NCBI GenBank assembly: GCA_011109175.1
Contig: RDEW01000010.1
Coordinates: forward strand, 603,837-667,836
Source: Dicyema japonicum
Taxonomy: Eukaryota > Animalia > Dicyemida
Length of the DNA: 64,000 bases
Direction of reading: 5' to 3'
A model generated the notes under the pieces. The model searched no databases. It had not been told where the DNA came from and worked only from the letters and a program-made list of their open reading frames with translations. Positions 12,157 to 40,880 of this stretch are shown here, in pieces. Position 1 is the stretch's first letter. Each line of letters starts with the position of its first letter. The position numbers and the translations under genes were made by a program.

Positions 12157-12950
12157 AATGCTTTCTTGTATTATTAAAAAGTAATCTATATATTTTATAA
12201 TGTAGACGTAAAAGACCAAACAATCTTTCGATCTCAGAGCAACATTTACAAGACACTGAAGCCGTCTATGGCGATCCAACAAAGAACGAGACAGATCCTG
12301 AAATAATAGCGTTCATGAAAACCCCCTGAATACACTTATAGACACTTAAACAGATTTTGAGATACCAACATTGAAGAACCCGTAAGAACTGTAACACTAA
12401 TTATTAGACTTTTTCTGATTCTCTGGACAGTGTGGAAGGAGATTGTGAGATTTACAGGCAGATGTATGAACGTCATAAGAAATATATCAGTGAGCATCCC
12501 GAAAACGATATTGAGAACCTTAACTATGATGATGGTTATGAGTCCCACAACATACCTATTGTTGTAGATAAATTTGTTAAATATTTAAGTGAGCCCCGGG
12601 TGAATTCTCCCCGTCATTTGAAAAGGATCGATTCCAGAGGATTAAAAATATTCCAGGAAAGAAAAATCTTCCACTCCGTCAAGCAGTTAAAAATAGAAGT
12701 TTCATAAACCCTGCTGCCTTTTATGGATCCAGAAATACTAAAATCGAAAAAAAAGAAAACAAAGAAAGTATTTTTTGTGGATATTTTTAGAAAGTCAAAA
12801 TAATTACTAAAGAGATCAAAAGAACCAATAATAAAGATAAAAAATGCAGAAAAGTTTATGGGGTACATAACAAGGATAAATGGTGCAAGCATTGCCAATG
12901 GAGAAGGCATGCACCCGCTTCTAGATGTAGTATATTTGATTTATTTAATT
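12157..12950 (+). pseudogene. Unidentified (orphan) gene or pseudogene with micro-introns
   Basis: GT..AG segments gtaatctatatattttataatgtag (25 nt) and gtaagaactgtaacactaattattag (26 nt) join hydrophilic ORFs. AT-rich flanks. No recognisable domain. Confidence 0.35.
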
Positions 12951-13009
12951 TAAATACATTTTTGATTATTAAATCGTGTTATTTTGTAATAATACTGCAC
13001 TTTACGAAG

Positions 13010-13172
13010 ATCCCTCCGGTTCCACAGTGAGATGTTCACTAAAGACGGTGTCACTCGTCAAATCAAAGCATCGTAAATGCGTAGAACCTTCTGTCGAAAT
13101 GTACAGCAGCGAGATTCGAACTAAGGGCAATCAGCCCTTTTGCCTGCACTAGTTACACTGCGCCACCCAGCC
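13010..13172 (-). mobile_element. SINE family A 5' half
   Basis: Reverse complement is ggctgggTGGCGCAGTGTAAC...AGTTCGAATCtcgctgctgtac. Confidence 0.8.
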
Positions 13173-13329
13173 TATGTACATTTAGATATCTCGAAGATTA
13201 TGAAATGAGTAAGGTACCTGATGAAAAAGGAGGACCTAATAGTCACTCCCAGTCTTCACAACTTGCACGTAAACTGAAGGATAAAGTAAAGAAATAATGT
13301 CTGATGAGTCATGAGGAATTCGCTCGGTC

Positions 13330-14120
13330 GAAAGTATTGTTATCGGATTTATATAACTTTTCAATCAATTCCTGATACCTAGTATATCAAGCGAGATACG
13401 GGAGTTTTTAACTCTGTTTCGAGGTCGGTGGTCAATTTTGGTGATGAAATCCATCTTTACAATTTCCTCTTTTTAGATAATTAGGCCGTAGGAATTCTTA
13501 TTGTTCAGTCTGCGCTTAATATGAATCTTTTCGATAATTTCTTGGAAAATTTTGGATTATAGTCAGCAATGGGTCCTTGGAATGTGTTTCCAAACTTAAA
13601 AAATTTCACAGCGACATCAACCGAATTGAAATTCTCCACGGAAAATCGAATAGCAATTTTTCCTTTTTGTCGCGGAATGAATCCAATTTTGTACGTTTGT
13701 AATTTATTATGGTTTTTCCGTGCCTAAAAATAGGCGAGAGTAGCTCGATTGAAGAATTGGATTATGGTCAGAGTGGATGTATTGGAATATTCAGCTCTGG
13801 AAGCTGTTCGAGTTTGGGATTTTTTGTCATTGATGATAACTAGTTCGAGTTGAGATAGGATAAGAACTCCCCTCTCATTACCCTTTTGACCGGTTAGCCA
13901 AAGTGGATCTTTGGATTTTAAGTCTCCGCAGATTATGATATTTTGAATCGTTTATTTCAGCCATTTTTGGGAGTACTGTTTCAAACTGGGACCGGGTGGT
14001 GGGATGTAAATATTTACGAATATGTACGGTTTATTTTGAAAAAGATGGAAGTAAGTTCAATGTGATTGTCACCGTCAATCAAAGCGTTTGTCCAAGTAGA
14101 GGTATCACAAAAAGGAATAG
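13330..14120 (-). mobile_element. Decayed APE-type LINE (endonuclease plus linker)
   Basis: IFVNIYIPPPGP, IIICGDLKSKDPLW and RGEF remnants. Confidence 0.55.
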
Positions 14121-14124
14121 ACTA

Positions 14125-14375
14125 TGTTGTTTATTGAGTAGTATGTTTGAAATCAATGATTTTGAAAGTTAGTAATCAGCGTCGGGAAAGTTCAATTCTC
14201 GTACCAGATTTCAACCCCAACGAGTCCTTCTGGCACAACCTTCAACCTTCTCCCTGAACGTGAAGACTACCATTATTAAAGTCTTCCCCCTACAATGAAG
14301 TGATGTCCGCGACAGTAGGACGTGTGGTGAAAATCGAAAAGGGCCGACCTACATCTCTACATCTGTTCGGAAACA
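14125..14375 (+). repeat. Family B 5'/middle part, decayed
   Basis: cgagtccttctggcac and aatgaagtgatgtccgcgac.gtagga match the reverse complement of 54740-54870 and 62995-63030. Confidence 0.7.
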
Positions 14376-14889
14376 GAATAAATAAAAATCTTATCTTAGA
14401 GGAGTTTATTTTTAACCAATCTTTATTCCCTCTCTCTACACAAAAATTGGTCACCTCTCATCTACCCACATCCAATGTAGTGTCCTCATTATAATCACAA
14501 GTCACTTCCACAATTTCTTGGAAGTAGAGATGAACGTTATACATGATCGAGAATTCTTCTGCAAGGAGGTCATATTTCTGAAACCTTTCAATCTTAACTT
14601 CCATACATCTTAAATAAATTCAAATGCATCTTCGACCTCTTGTCTTATTAAAAATGGCTGTTTAACATTTTGCCACATCTAGTGTCCAAGAAGAGGTCAC
14701 CCGTCGTCTGGCCGTCAAGAAAGTTATCGAAATGAAAGGTAGACATAAAAAGGAACGTCCAAGGCGTTCATAGAGGAAAGTGTTTTCAAACTATTCTGGA
14801 TCAGGTATAGCACACCTTTCGTACTGTGTTAAGGTATTAGATGTACCATTCAAGTTTACATTTAATGTTGTATTTATGAAGAATGAAAT

Positions 14890-15013
14890 TTGTCTAGGGA
14901 ATCGGATTTCTACACGATCAGGAGACCCCCGTGAGCGCTGCTGGTTATTTGAGAGAATCTCGCTCGCCATCCTAAGAGGGAATAGCCACGCAGTCTGGGC
15001 AGCCGCTATATGA
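14890..15013 (+). mobile_element. CRE-like 3' terminal fragment
   Basis: LGNRISTRSGDPRERCWLFERISLAILRGNSHAVWAAAI. Confidence 0.8.
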
Positions 15014-15159
15014 TCACTCGATGACTTTTTTCATTAATGAATTACTTTTGTTATTCGTTGGTTAAGTCCATTGTAAGTGCTTTTAAAAAATAACTAACTT
15101 TCCAATTAATGTTATAAGGAGTAGAAGCTCGGTTAAATTCCACTTGCTAACTACTTAAT

Positions 15160-15760
15160 CGGATTCAACTTACACAGGAGACGGTAAATCCATAACCGGA
15201 ATTCAAAGGGATCCATACTAATAGACAATTCACTGACGACCATTTGTCAGTGTGTATCACTGATCTGGGTGCGATATTTCGCTGTATCGCCGCTGTTAGA
15301 GTTCTTTTCGACCGATCAAAAACCATCTCTAGGAAACAGTCTTTAGTTCCCCGATAAATTCCCCCAAACACCCATTGTTGAGGGAGAATCCTTCCTGCAT
15401 TGTTTTTTTCGTTGAGAACATGCTCTCATCAACGTCGGCAACTTTTCCAATTCCACCTATACAATCTAATAACACACTAATACCGATCAGTTGTTCGGAC
15501 GATTAGCTAAATAATCAGCACAAACCTCTCGCAGGGAGTGAGACCAATTACAAATCGTGCGGTTGCTTCATTCCAGTTGACGCCGACACCATAAAATTGT
15601 TTGTCTGTCGAAGCTCCACATATATATGAAACGAATACAGGTTTGTAACGAAATTGTCGTGCCTTCGAGCCACGTACCTAAAATAAAGTACTATCTTATT
15701 ATACCGTTTCTGACAGAACTATAAGTTCGACACCCGTTTTATCGCACACCCATGTTGTAT
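15160..15760 (-). mobile_element. Merlin (ISXO2/IS1595-like) DDE transposase remnant
   Basis: VDESMFS..NAGRILPQQWVFGGIYRGTKDCFLEMVFDRSKRTLTAAIQRNIAPRSVIHTDKW. Confidence 0.85.
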
Positions 15761-15839
15761 TCTCCCGCTGATGGAGAAGGGTCTTCAATAAGTTTTCCTT
15801 GTGTTATGTTCAGTATCCTAATACACATCCTCTTTCAAG

Positions 15840-16430
15840 GTCCCCAATTGCTAGCTATAGCGTGTAATGAATCAAGGTCTTCGCATCAACTTTTTGTTTA
15901 TTTAAGATAGATCTTCGTTTAATACTGTAAGCAAAGTAACTCTGGGCCTTCCGTGAAATGCTCCTTCCGACTATGTAAAATAATTGCTTGTTTGGTGTAG
16001 CCAGTCCGTCTATTCGTAGGATGTGACTATTCGTTGGAAGACGTCCTCTTGATTAAGAACATCCATTTATATATAAAGCCGAGTTTGACATCTTTTTGGG
16101 AATTGTGTATTTTTAATTCTTCTTAGTTGGTTTCAGTGAAATCGGTTTAAGCTGTTTATGTCAACCCTCGTAATTCTCTATGCCGAAAAAAACGCAATTG
16201 TACATTTTAGCTTTGTCTTTGTAGTTAACTCTTTAACCACCAGATGTTCAAAAATTGGTTATATGCTGTAATCGATAGTTTTATTCTGTGGGTAAAATCT
16301 TCCGAATCGCCAGGAAGTGAGCCGACTTTTTTATGCCTTCTCCAAACCACATAATTAGTGCGTTTAGTACGAACCATTTTTGTGTATTCCGTTTTATTTT
16401 GGTGAACTGTTAGAGACCATTTAGAAAATA
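15840..16430 (-). mobile_element. RTE 3' fragment
   Basis: GSLPGDSEDFTHRIKL and FHGRPRVTLLTVLNEDL. Confidence 0.65.
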
Positions 16431-16439
16431 CATTCGGTC

Positions 16440-17135
16440 ACAAGGAATTATATAAGAATCACAATATTGAAGGAAAATGAAATTGGGATCCTTACTTGGT
16501 GATAATGAGGATATGATGTATAGAAGAGTTCTAGCCACTGCCATGTATAAGAAAATGAAGATGATATGGAGTCGACGAAAACTAATAAAATCAAATCTAA
16601 GAATAAGACTATACAACGCATATATAAAGCCAGTGCTTATGTACAACTCGGATACATGGGGGGTCTAGAGCTCAAAAAAATGGATATATTTCATCGAAAA
16701 CAATTACGCAATTTAATTGGCCTAGTTTGGCCCAAGAAAATTTCAAATAAAAAATTATACTCTGTGACACAATCGAGGCCAATAAGCATCGACATTATTG
16801 AATCAAGATGAAGACTGTTTGGGCAAGTGCTTATAATAGACATAAACGCCCCTGCAAATATAATAATGGACAATTAGTTTAACAATGAGAACAAATCATC
16901 GTTCAGAGGAAGGCCCAGAGTCACTCTACCCTTGGTTTTGAACAAGGATCTTAATGGAATTGTAAGAAAACTTAAATCTGCAGAAGACCTAGAAGATCTA
17001 AGGACAGATACGCAAAGCAGAGAGCGATGGAGACTCCTAGTGAAGCAGATTTTGAAACGTGTGGCGCAAACGGGACCTTAGTTAATATAACCGTTCTTTG
17101 GTTTTGTGAAAGTGCTTTTTAATAATAATAATAAT
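16440..17135 (+). mobile_element. RTE 3' fragment with (TAA)n tail
   Basis: KLGSLLGDNEDMMYRR..RIRLYNAYIKPVLMYNSDTWG..FRGRPRVTLP; tail aagtgctttttaataataataataa. Confidence 0.85.
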
Positions 17136-17399
17136 TCGGTGGTATGCTAAGAGCGTGCTGAATGGTTTAGATGCCATCAAAAACAAAGTCGACATCATAA
17201 GCGTATATTATTTCATTGCATTTGTTGTTGTCTACAAAAGGCCTGAAGTCTCTAAGTGCTGCTTCTAAATAGATAATGAACAGGGAGTCTCCCTGTGCCC
17301 CGTAAGTATAAAAATAATTTGACACAGTTTACACCAATTTGGTTGCCAGTTGAGTGACAGAAGTTAGAAGGTCATGAGTACTTCCATAAATTTCCATTG

Positions 17400-17610
17400 T
17401 GAACCGAAGGTGGATCGGCTATTTCGGAATCCACTTTGTTTTGGTGGCAGAAAGTTTCTACCTTGACTCTTATCTTTCTAATGCAATAGTGACAGTGTTT
17501 TTCGAAATGTCGTTTAGTAGTTTATTGCTCTTAGATTTGTTTTCCGGGTTTTTTAGCGGAGTTAGGCATCCGTTTTCAATATCTAGTGCAATGTCTTCTT
17601 CAAATGATTT
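17400..17610 (-). mobile_element. RTE RT N-terminal fragment
   Basis: TTFRKTLSL..RVKVETFLPPKQSGFRNSRST across frameshifts. Confidence 0.6.
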
Positions 17611-17766
17611 TTCTGGGGTAATAAATAAATAAATTTTATTTTCATGAGCAATAGACTTAACAGTTAGCCAAATACTTTATTAAATTTAATAGTATATTTA
17701 ATAAAAAATTAAAATATAAAAATATATATTATTGAATTATTAAGTGTTATCTGTTACCGCTAATTA

Positions 17767-33263
<15,497 letters not shown>

Positions 33264-33354
33264 TTGTTGTTCTTACTATTTCTTATTAACTTTAGTAAAG
33301 ACTATTTATTTTAACATTTAAATCAAAAATTAATAAAAAATAAAGTTAGTTGTT

Positions 33355-33495
33355 TTGCAAGGTCTCCATTATGGCCTGCAGGCATTGAGCACACAAAGGG
33401 AGTTACCTCTCATGCTCGTCAGTCCAATTTTTTGTGAGAGCCATCGCGTCATTCTAGGCTCACTCTTCCTCAGTCCTGTAAGCCACCCGATTATT
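33355..33495 (-). mobile_element. CRE-like 3' terminal fragment (second subfamily)
   Basis: EPRMTRWLSQKIGLTSMRGNSLCVLNAC*. Confidence 0.6.
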
Positions 33496-34369
33496 AAACT
33501 AGAATTTATAATTTTTTAAAATCTTACTGTTTTTTCTAAAATTTGAAAAAAATTAGTACTAAACCAATAATCATCACTACATTAGGAAATAACCGTGGAG
33601 ATCAGTTGATCCTGCCTCTCTTAATAGCTTTCTCATCTTTTCTTAGGATCCCACCATTCTCTATATTCTTATGTATAGCATAATTCGATTTTTGAAAAGG
33701 CCTCGAATCTGTCACTGAGTCGGGAAACTTCCTTAGAGTTTTGGTGGCTGTTGATTGAAAGATATTCGATCTTCTTTAGGTTCTATCACTGAAGTAATAT
33801 AAGTCTATTACCCTTCATATTATGAAAAATAATCAAGTTAACAGACAAGAAAAGCTTGTCTTTACAAACTTTTTTCAATTATCTCATTTGAGATTTATTA
33901 TTTCCGATGTGAATACATTAATTTGAGAAAATCTGAAGATCTAAAATCGATTTAAAAAATTGAATTACTTTTTGGTATTCTCTTCCAGTTTATAGGAGAA
34001 TGAAGTAAACCACAATTTTTTAGGTCAAAAAAAGTATTGACATTTTTTTATAAAATGAATGACATAAGAACGAAAAAGATATCTTTAGAAGGTTAACAAA
34101 TAACAAAATATTATTTGATCGACATTAACTTAGTTCGCTCTGGAAATAAACTGATGACTAGGGCGATTTTTCTGTTCTTTAAAATTGATATGTTCTTTAA
34201 AATTGTTAAAACTTATAAAAATGTAGTTTTTAATCAAAACTATTATTAAAAGTTATAAAGTCAAAAAAATCAAAATTTTGGGTAAAAAGGTCAAAATTTA
34301 ATTTTTTAGGTCAATAAAATCCAAAAATTTATTGATTTTTATTTTTTTCGAATTTTTAAGTAAAATACT

Positions 34370-34850
34370 CGCGTGAAATCAATTATCATCTTTCACTGTG
34401 ATGCCGCTCGCGTTGACATTGAAAAGATTAAGGCTGTTGTTACAAAATATCCTGGAATTTTCCGATACTCCCTTGCAAAAAGATTAGGAGACTTGTTTGA
34501 GAGTATTGGACATAATCTTCCATCTACTTACGCTTGCCGAAAAAGTGTAGAAATTTATGCCAGAAGCAGCATGACAGAATTAAGATATTTTTGAGGTTTT
34601 ATTTTCATTTATTATAGATGCTGCCTGTAGTTTCCACTTATAGATCTGAAAAAATTTTTTTTGATTGACAAAACTGATATCCCGGGACAGAAATAGGTCA
34701 ATACACTTATTGGAAGAATTTCTGATTCCAAGAAAATATTTTAATCTCTTGTCGTCATTGTCTAGTGCGGCTAACTCTTCGATTATCTGTCAGATAATTG
34801 ACGATGTTATAAGGGATTTTGCTATAGATCAGCGAAGACGCTGTTGAACA
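34370..34850 (+). mobile_element. Possible hAT C-terminal (dimerisation) remnant
   Basis: LPSTYAC..YARSSMTELR and IIDDVIRDFAIDQRRR resemble hAT C-termini. Flanked by GTCAA-rich clusters. Confidence 0.35.
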
Positions 34851-35511
34851 CATTCAGAAATTGCATTTCGGGGACGATTTATGTGAAATCGGGAAGTACT
34901 GGAATCAAGATTATTTGTTAATCAAATGCTTTCTATCAAAAAATTGGAATAACAACATATTTCTACATATGTATACAACTATATGAAAAAGTGTTCTTCC
35001 ACATTTGTTGAGAGAAGTTTTTTTATTTGAAAAATTACTACCTAAAGACCGAAATTTAAACCCTAAAACGTTTTGAATTACATTATTTTTTATTTTAACA
35101 AAGATTTTGATTAGTTTTGTTTATATTTTAAAAAAAATTTTGTAGATAAATTTATCATAGTCAAGAAAGGTCAAAATTTTGAAATTTTAAAGTCATTAAA
35201 GTCAATTTTTTATGTCAAAATTTCCGATTTTTGTTTCAACGTTTCTGGAATGACATTCATGTTGGTCGAAATATGAATATGGGAGCTAATAGTTTTGATA
35301 CCTGAGGAGCGATGTACTTCAGTTTCGTGCTGGTGATGGAGTCAGGACATTTTAGATAAAAACCACTCCTGAACAATTTCTAATATTTATATCGCTTTAT
35401 ATCGCTTAACAGAGAATTTCTGTTATTTTGTTTAATAATTTTAAAAATTATTTTATAATTATTTTTGCTTAAATAATCGAAAAAAATCTAATAAAAATAT
35501 TCAAAAGGATT

Positions 35512-36606
35512 ATGGACGGTGGTGGAATTTTTGATACTGATTTTGTTACTGTGACTCGATATATTTTGGAGTCTCAAAAACAATACCCGGAAGCTCACGG
35601 AGAACTAACGCAAGCTATTACAGCTATAATGACAGCCTGTAAATCAATATCAAATGCTGTCCGTCGAGCTGGAATAACACAAATGTAGTTTCTATTACTA
35701 ATGCCCAAGATATGGACTTGCCGGAAATGTGAATGAAACTGGCGACGATGTAAAAAAATTGGACAAAATAGCTGACGAATTGTTCACTAATTTGATTATT
35801 TCTTCCATGACAACTCGCATTCTTGTAACTGAGGAGAAAAAGGATGCCATCGTGGTTCCTTCTGAAAAGCAAGGATCTTACATTGTGTGCTTCGACCCCC
35901 TTGACGGATCCTCTAACATTGACTGCTTGGGCTCAATCGGCACAATATTCTGCATTCTCAAAGGAGTTGGATTTTATTATTATTGAGTCTACTGATGAAC
36001 CAGCCAATGCTATGGATGCCTTACAATCTGGGAGGCAAATCGTCTGTGCTGGATACGCCTTATATGGGAGTGCCACCATGTTAGTGTTGGCTTTGGGGGG
36101 AAAAGTGAACGGATTTATGCTGGACCCGTCAATTGGAGAGTTTATTCTGAGTGATAGGGACATCAAGATCCCACCCAGGGGGAGTATTTACTCAATCAAC
36201 GAGGGGTACGAGAAATACTGGGCTGATGCTGTTAAGGAGTATGTTAAGGGGAAAAAATACCCAGAGGTATATGATCTCTTATTTTAGACGGGAGAACCGT
36301 ATAAAGCCCGTTATATTGGGTCGATGGTGGCTGATATTCACCGAACTCTCAAATATGGTGGAATATTCATGTACCCGGCACCACAAACGCCAAGAATGGA
36401 AAAGTTTTCGGTTTGTGACAAATTAGTTACGATTGTTGTATGAGTGTAACCCAATGGCATTCATAATAGAAATGGCTGGAGGTATGGCTTCTAATGGGCT
36501 TATTTCTATTTTGGACATTACCCCACTTCCATCCACCAGAGACAACCGTTTTTTGCGGGTTCAAAGGAAGGATGTTGAGGATTTGATGACTCTTATTAAA
36601 AAATAA
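35512..36606 (+). CDS. FBP1: Fructose-1,6-bisphosphatase class I, 4 micro-introns
   Basis: [77 protein letters not shown]. Minor indels near the 3' end. Confidence 0.95.
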
Positions 36607-37314
36607 CATTGCTAATAATCCCTTACTAATATTTTGATTGTGGTTTTTTTAGTCATCATTACAACTATCTAAGATTGGGGTCGCCCCAAGATTGCACTGT
36701 TATTGCTAATATAAACCCAATGGGTAACCTTGGATTCACAGTTGTCTATCTTACTCTAATCTTGTTATAGGGGAAAAGGTACTCTGCTTTGAATTCCGTT
36801 ATCTCTAGTAGGGTCTGATAGGATGGTTTACCTAGAGCTCAGTTACCACCGCTAAGGTCGATTGATTATCGATTTTTTATACTGTTAAGATCTGATCAGT
36901 TGTCTTTCTAGAATTGTATTAAGATTGGCTGTTATTTTCTGTAGTCTTTCTCTATAATTTGGTTATCTCGGCTAAGATTGGTTATTTTTATAGAGTTTTG
37001 TTATTGATAGGCTATATAGAACTCGATTTTATGCTAATATCTAAACAGTTGTTTTTATCCAATTCTTGCTTATGTCCACCAAGATTTGTTGGTTTTCGAA
37101 AACCATCATCTTAACATGAAACCAACAGAGTCAACAAATTAATATATTTTTGAAAATTATTTTCCACTAAGAATATTATAAAATTCATATAAATTCTAAA
37201 TATTATTGAGTATTTTTACATTAATTTTTAAAGAATTTATTTAATAAATAAAAAATGATAAGAATTATTTAAAAATTTATTTTGTGGTGAAATTGTAAAT
37301 TCACAATATTTTGA

Positions 37315-38425
37315 ATGAAACGATTCAACGTGCAGACCTTTTTTAAGGATCATACATGCTTTGATCTGATGCCTAAGAATTCAAAAGTGGTCTTAGTGGA
37401 CTTGAATTTGAAGGTAACATTAGCCAATAATAATAGATGATGAATGCATTTAATGCTTTAATAACAAACCACGTGCGTGCTGCCCCCATATGTTCCAAAC
37501 ATATGATAATCGGTATAAAATTGTAATATTGTGGGGATGTTGACCATCACAGACTTGATTAATATATTGATTACCAACTTTTCGTCTAATGGAATGGAGA
37601 ACATCGGTGACCTCACTGTCGGCCAATGGAGAGGTACCTTAATATATTACAAGAAATGACAAATATATCTGATCGTTCTCTAATGTATATTATATTTATG
37701 GAAAGTCTCTGGATCGCCATTAATAAACTACTGGATGCCCATGTTCACAGATTGCCTGTTTTTGACAACCTCAACATGTTCAATCCTCTGCAGATTGTCA
37801 CGTTCAAACGAATCCTCAAATTCTTATTTATTAATGTACATTCATATTTACTACTCCAAGATCAAGGACCTTAGTGATCTCCCTAACTATATGTATGAAG
37901 AAATCAAAATTCTTCAAATTGGCACATATGATGAGATATTTTCAGTTTAACTTTCGCTCCATTTTAGTGCAATGAACGAACCACGGTTCACGATGCCCTC
38001 CGAATGATGAAAAATAAGGGAGTGTCTTCACTTCCTCTTATAGACTCGCGAACGGGGAATGTCATTGATATATTTTCTCGGTTTGATTCTATTGTAGTGA
38101 CATTTTTTACTTTAAGAATATTGTGGCCGGCGAGCCTGCGAATATTGCCTCCAATATTGAAGAGACTGTGTTTGGTGCTCTTCTTAAGTATTACGTAATC
38201 CTTGAATAAATTATTCATTAGACAGTCCGTCGAGAGATTCGTTTTTGCTTACCAACTGATTCTTTGTTTTCGGTAATTCAGAAGTTTGTTGAATACCAAG
38301 TTTGTTGATGTTCCTTACGACAGGTTCACAGGTTGGTCATTGTTGAGGAATCTAATAATTTGAGAATTTGTGGAGTGGTTTCTATGTCAGATATAATGTT
38401 CTTTCTCCTCAAATGCGGTCACTGA
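37315..38425 (+). CDS. PRKAG: AMP-activated protein kinase gamma subunit (4 CBS domains), about 8 micro-introns
   Basis: FFKDHTCFDLMPKNSKVV, VRAAPI, MLTITD, VHRLPV, KRILKFL, IGTY, VSSLPLID, IFSRFD, VHRLVIV, GVVSMSDI. Confidence 0.9.
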
Positions 38426-38999
38426 CTTATATTATTGAAATTTGTTTATGAATCACTAAGATGCTTTTAATCAAAGTTTTTAACTAGATTTCACTAGTGG
38501 TTAATGGGAAATTCCTACTCTGCCAAACAGACGAAATTGAAGAGGTACTCAGTTCTCGGGTGTCGCTTCCGTCTCGCCCCAATCTCCTTTGAAATCTCTG
38601 GAGTGGTTGGAAGAATTGGTAGTCATCAATGAAATTGGGATGCAATCGCGACTCAGTGGCCTCTATGAAGTAGATGGCTCTCTCACGCCTTGGAATTACC
38701 ATCTTCTGGCCAATGCTCACTGTATCTTGGCAGCTGGAGCCTGACTTGCTTCCATTGTCGAACAAAATTCCTAATAATCGTTTCTTAAAATTCTGTATTC
38801 AATTTACCCAAAGAAATATTCAGCCCTCGGAGACCGTTTCCGCTTCATCTTAATAGCCTTTGAATGGTTGAAAATAGAAGTGCAACGCGACTCAAAAAAC
38901 TTCGCGAACGGAGATGGCTTGTACTTTTGGAAAGGTCATAGTCAGAATAAAATAATTTAGGTGATCCCAGCCTTTCTCAGCAGTCTTCACGTGCCAAAT

Positions 39000-39260
39000 T
39001 AGCTATAGCTCCACTCAGACAGGACAAACTTTATTTAAGTAAAGAACAGTTATTATAACTAATCGATGAGGGAGAACCAAAGAATGCTCTTCACTTTTTT
39101 CTTTTTGATGAGTGTATGCCCGGTTCGGCAGTGAAATGTTCACTGATGGCGACGTCACTCGTCAAACCAAGGCATAGTAGATGTGTAGAGCCTTCAAACG
39201 GAATGTACAGCAGAGAGATTCGAACTAGGGGCCACTCGCCTCTTTCCCGGCACTCGTAAC
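39000..39260 (-). mobile_element. SINE family A copy
   Basis: Same B box, core and tail as 10390-10688. Confidence 0.8.
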
Positions 39261-39469
39261 GTTACTTCATAGAGTACAACTTTATGCTAATTCCTGCACC
39301 CACATAAATTTTGCTGAAAATGAAAAAATCTTAAATTATATTAAAGTCTCACGAATCCATCGATTGCCTGGTCAGCTTGTTTTTTAAATTATAATTTTTT
39401 ATTCAATTATTTTTTTATTTTTAATAAAATTATTTTTTAATAAAAACTTTCGACCTCTTTCTGTTATGT

Positions 39470-39820
39470 ACGGAGTTTTATCCATAATTATTTGAAAGAT
39501 GCAAATTAAATCCAACTTCGTCTAAGAAAATTAAAATTCTATTTCTCATTCCAAGCATATTTGCAGAGTACATTGATATGTTCATATGTTTATACGATTG
39601 AAGATATTTTTAATTTCTCATTCTTAATTGTTCCATTTTTATTTGAACTTTATAATACAAATCCTTCTTCCCGCAAAATATCCCTTACACCTCTTTTAGT
39701 AAGTGAATTATCTCTACCGAAAATCTCCCTTACTTTTGATTTCGGTCGTATCTTTCCTTTTCTTTCCTTTTTTATTTTGGAAGGATTCTCTTGTATTAAT
39801 TTTTTAACCATATAACACAT
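39470..39820 (-). mobile_element. Tc1/IS630-like transposase remnant
   Basis: Basic HTH-like region followed by LIFLDEVGFNLH (first catalytic D). Confidence 0.6.
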
Positions 39821-39879
39821 TTATTTAATGCAAAAAATAAGTTATCAACTACTGGCTGCTCTTTTAATTGAGAACGCAT

Positions 39880-40880
39880 TTCCCCTGACGATTTGCAAGG
39901 AAATGCGCTCAATGAACCAGCTCATCTCTCTCTTATCATTTTTTTCGCGATGAGCGATCAGATTCTGTTTAGCAGGATCAGTGATCTGTTTCCTATGATT
40001 CCTGATGTTTCGATTGGTTTAAAAATAAACTGTCCACCAAGACATGTGTATTTCTTTAACTTTAGGGTCTCAGCCTTCTTTGAAGCAGAGCCTGGGTTAG
40101 TTGCTATCTTGCAAGGTTGGAGAGAGGCTATCGACATAGGTGCCATTTCAGGCAAGGTATTTACCACTTTCCCATGGGAAGAGAGTGGTTTCGCCCGGTC
40201 TTTGATTGGCTGGGGCAAGTCCAAGCGGCTCCAATTTGACAGGAAATCCAGCAGCCTCAAGTCCCAAGCACTCCAAGGCAGGAAAGAGCGTGAAGACCTT
40301 TCGTGTCGACCATTCCTCCACATCTACACCGATGGATCGTGCAAACATCCATTCAGAGGCGGACAGAAACCCTATCCTCGTCGTGTTGTTATCCAATATT
40401 GTCCCAAGTCAGGTACATGGCAATGCTCTACGGCAGGCTCTACTCTCGTTCGTCGTTGCAGAAGCCAGACTATGCTGATCAATCACAGGTTTTATCTCTT
40501 CTATTATCTTTGAGCATAAAAGCATGTCCATTCTCGTTGTTTATTAGCGTTCTTCTGGAACCCAACACCCAGTCGTGTCCAGGCTTCCCAAGCCATGTAT
40601 ACTACTGGTTTAGCGTCGATCCGTTAATGTAGCGTAGGATCTGGCGTGTGAGACCACTGGTAGTATATATCGAAGATAGAAAGACCGGGAGGGCGAGTTC
40701 TAGTGGAGAGCGTACTCCGATTCCTCCGTGGCGAAGAGGAAGTTTGTATTCGATCCACTTATTTTTATCAAAAGAAATGTTGAGCGTTTCTTCAACGGCA
40801 GTCCTCAGCTTCTCGTCGATGGCTCTCAGAAAGTTTATGTCCGTGAAACATGGGGCTGTCCGTAGAAGAAAAGGAGTCGT
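39880..40880 (-). mobile_element. CRE-like RLE retroposon 3' part
   Basis: RTAPCF..LPLRHGGIGVR, CRCG-type knuckle, QRPGETTLFPWESGKYLA, PGSASKKAETLKLKKY, KPIETSG. Confidence 0.8.

Noticed and set aside
33360-33495. snRNA or SL RNA suggested by an Sm-like aattttttg
   Set aside because: The minus strand encodes a CRE-type C-terminus (WLSQKIGLTSMRGN).
36660-37100. Degenerate ctaagattgg repeats as a structured array
   Set aside because: The spacing is irregular and identity is low, so no unit could be defined.
38480-38990. Polo-box-like fragment (FGILFDNGS)
   Set aside because: The surrounding residues do not fit a polo box. Left unassigned.
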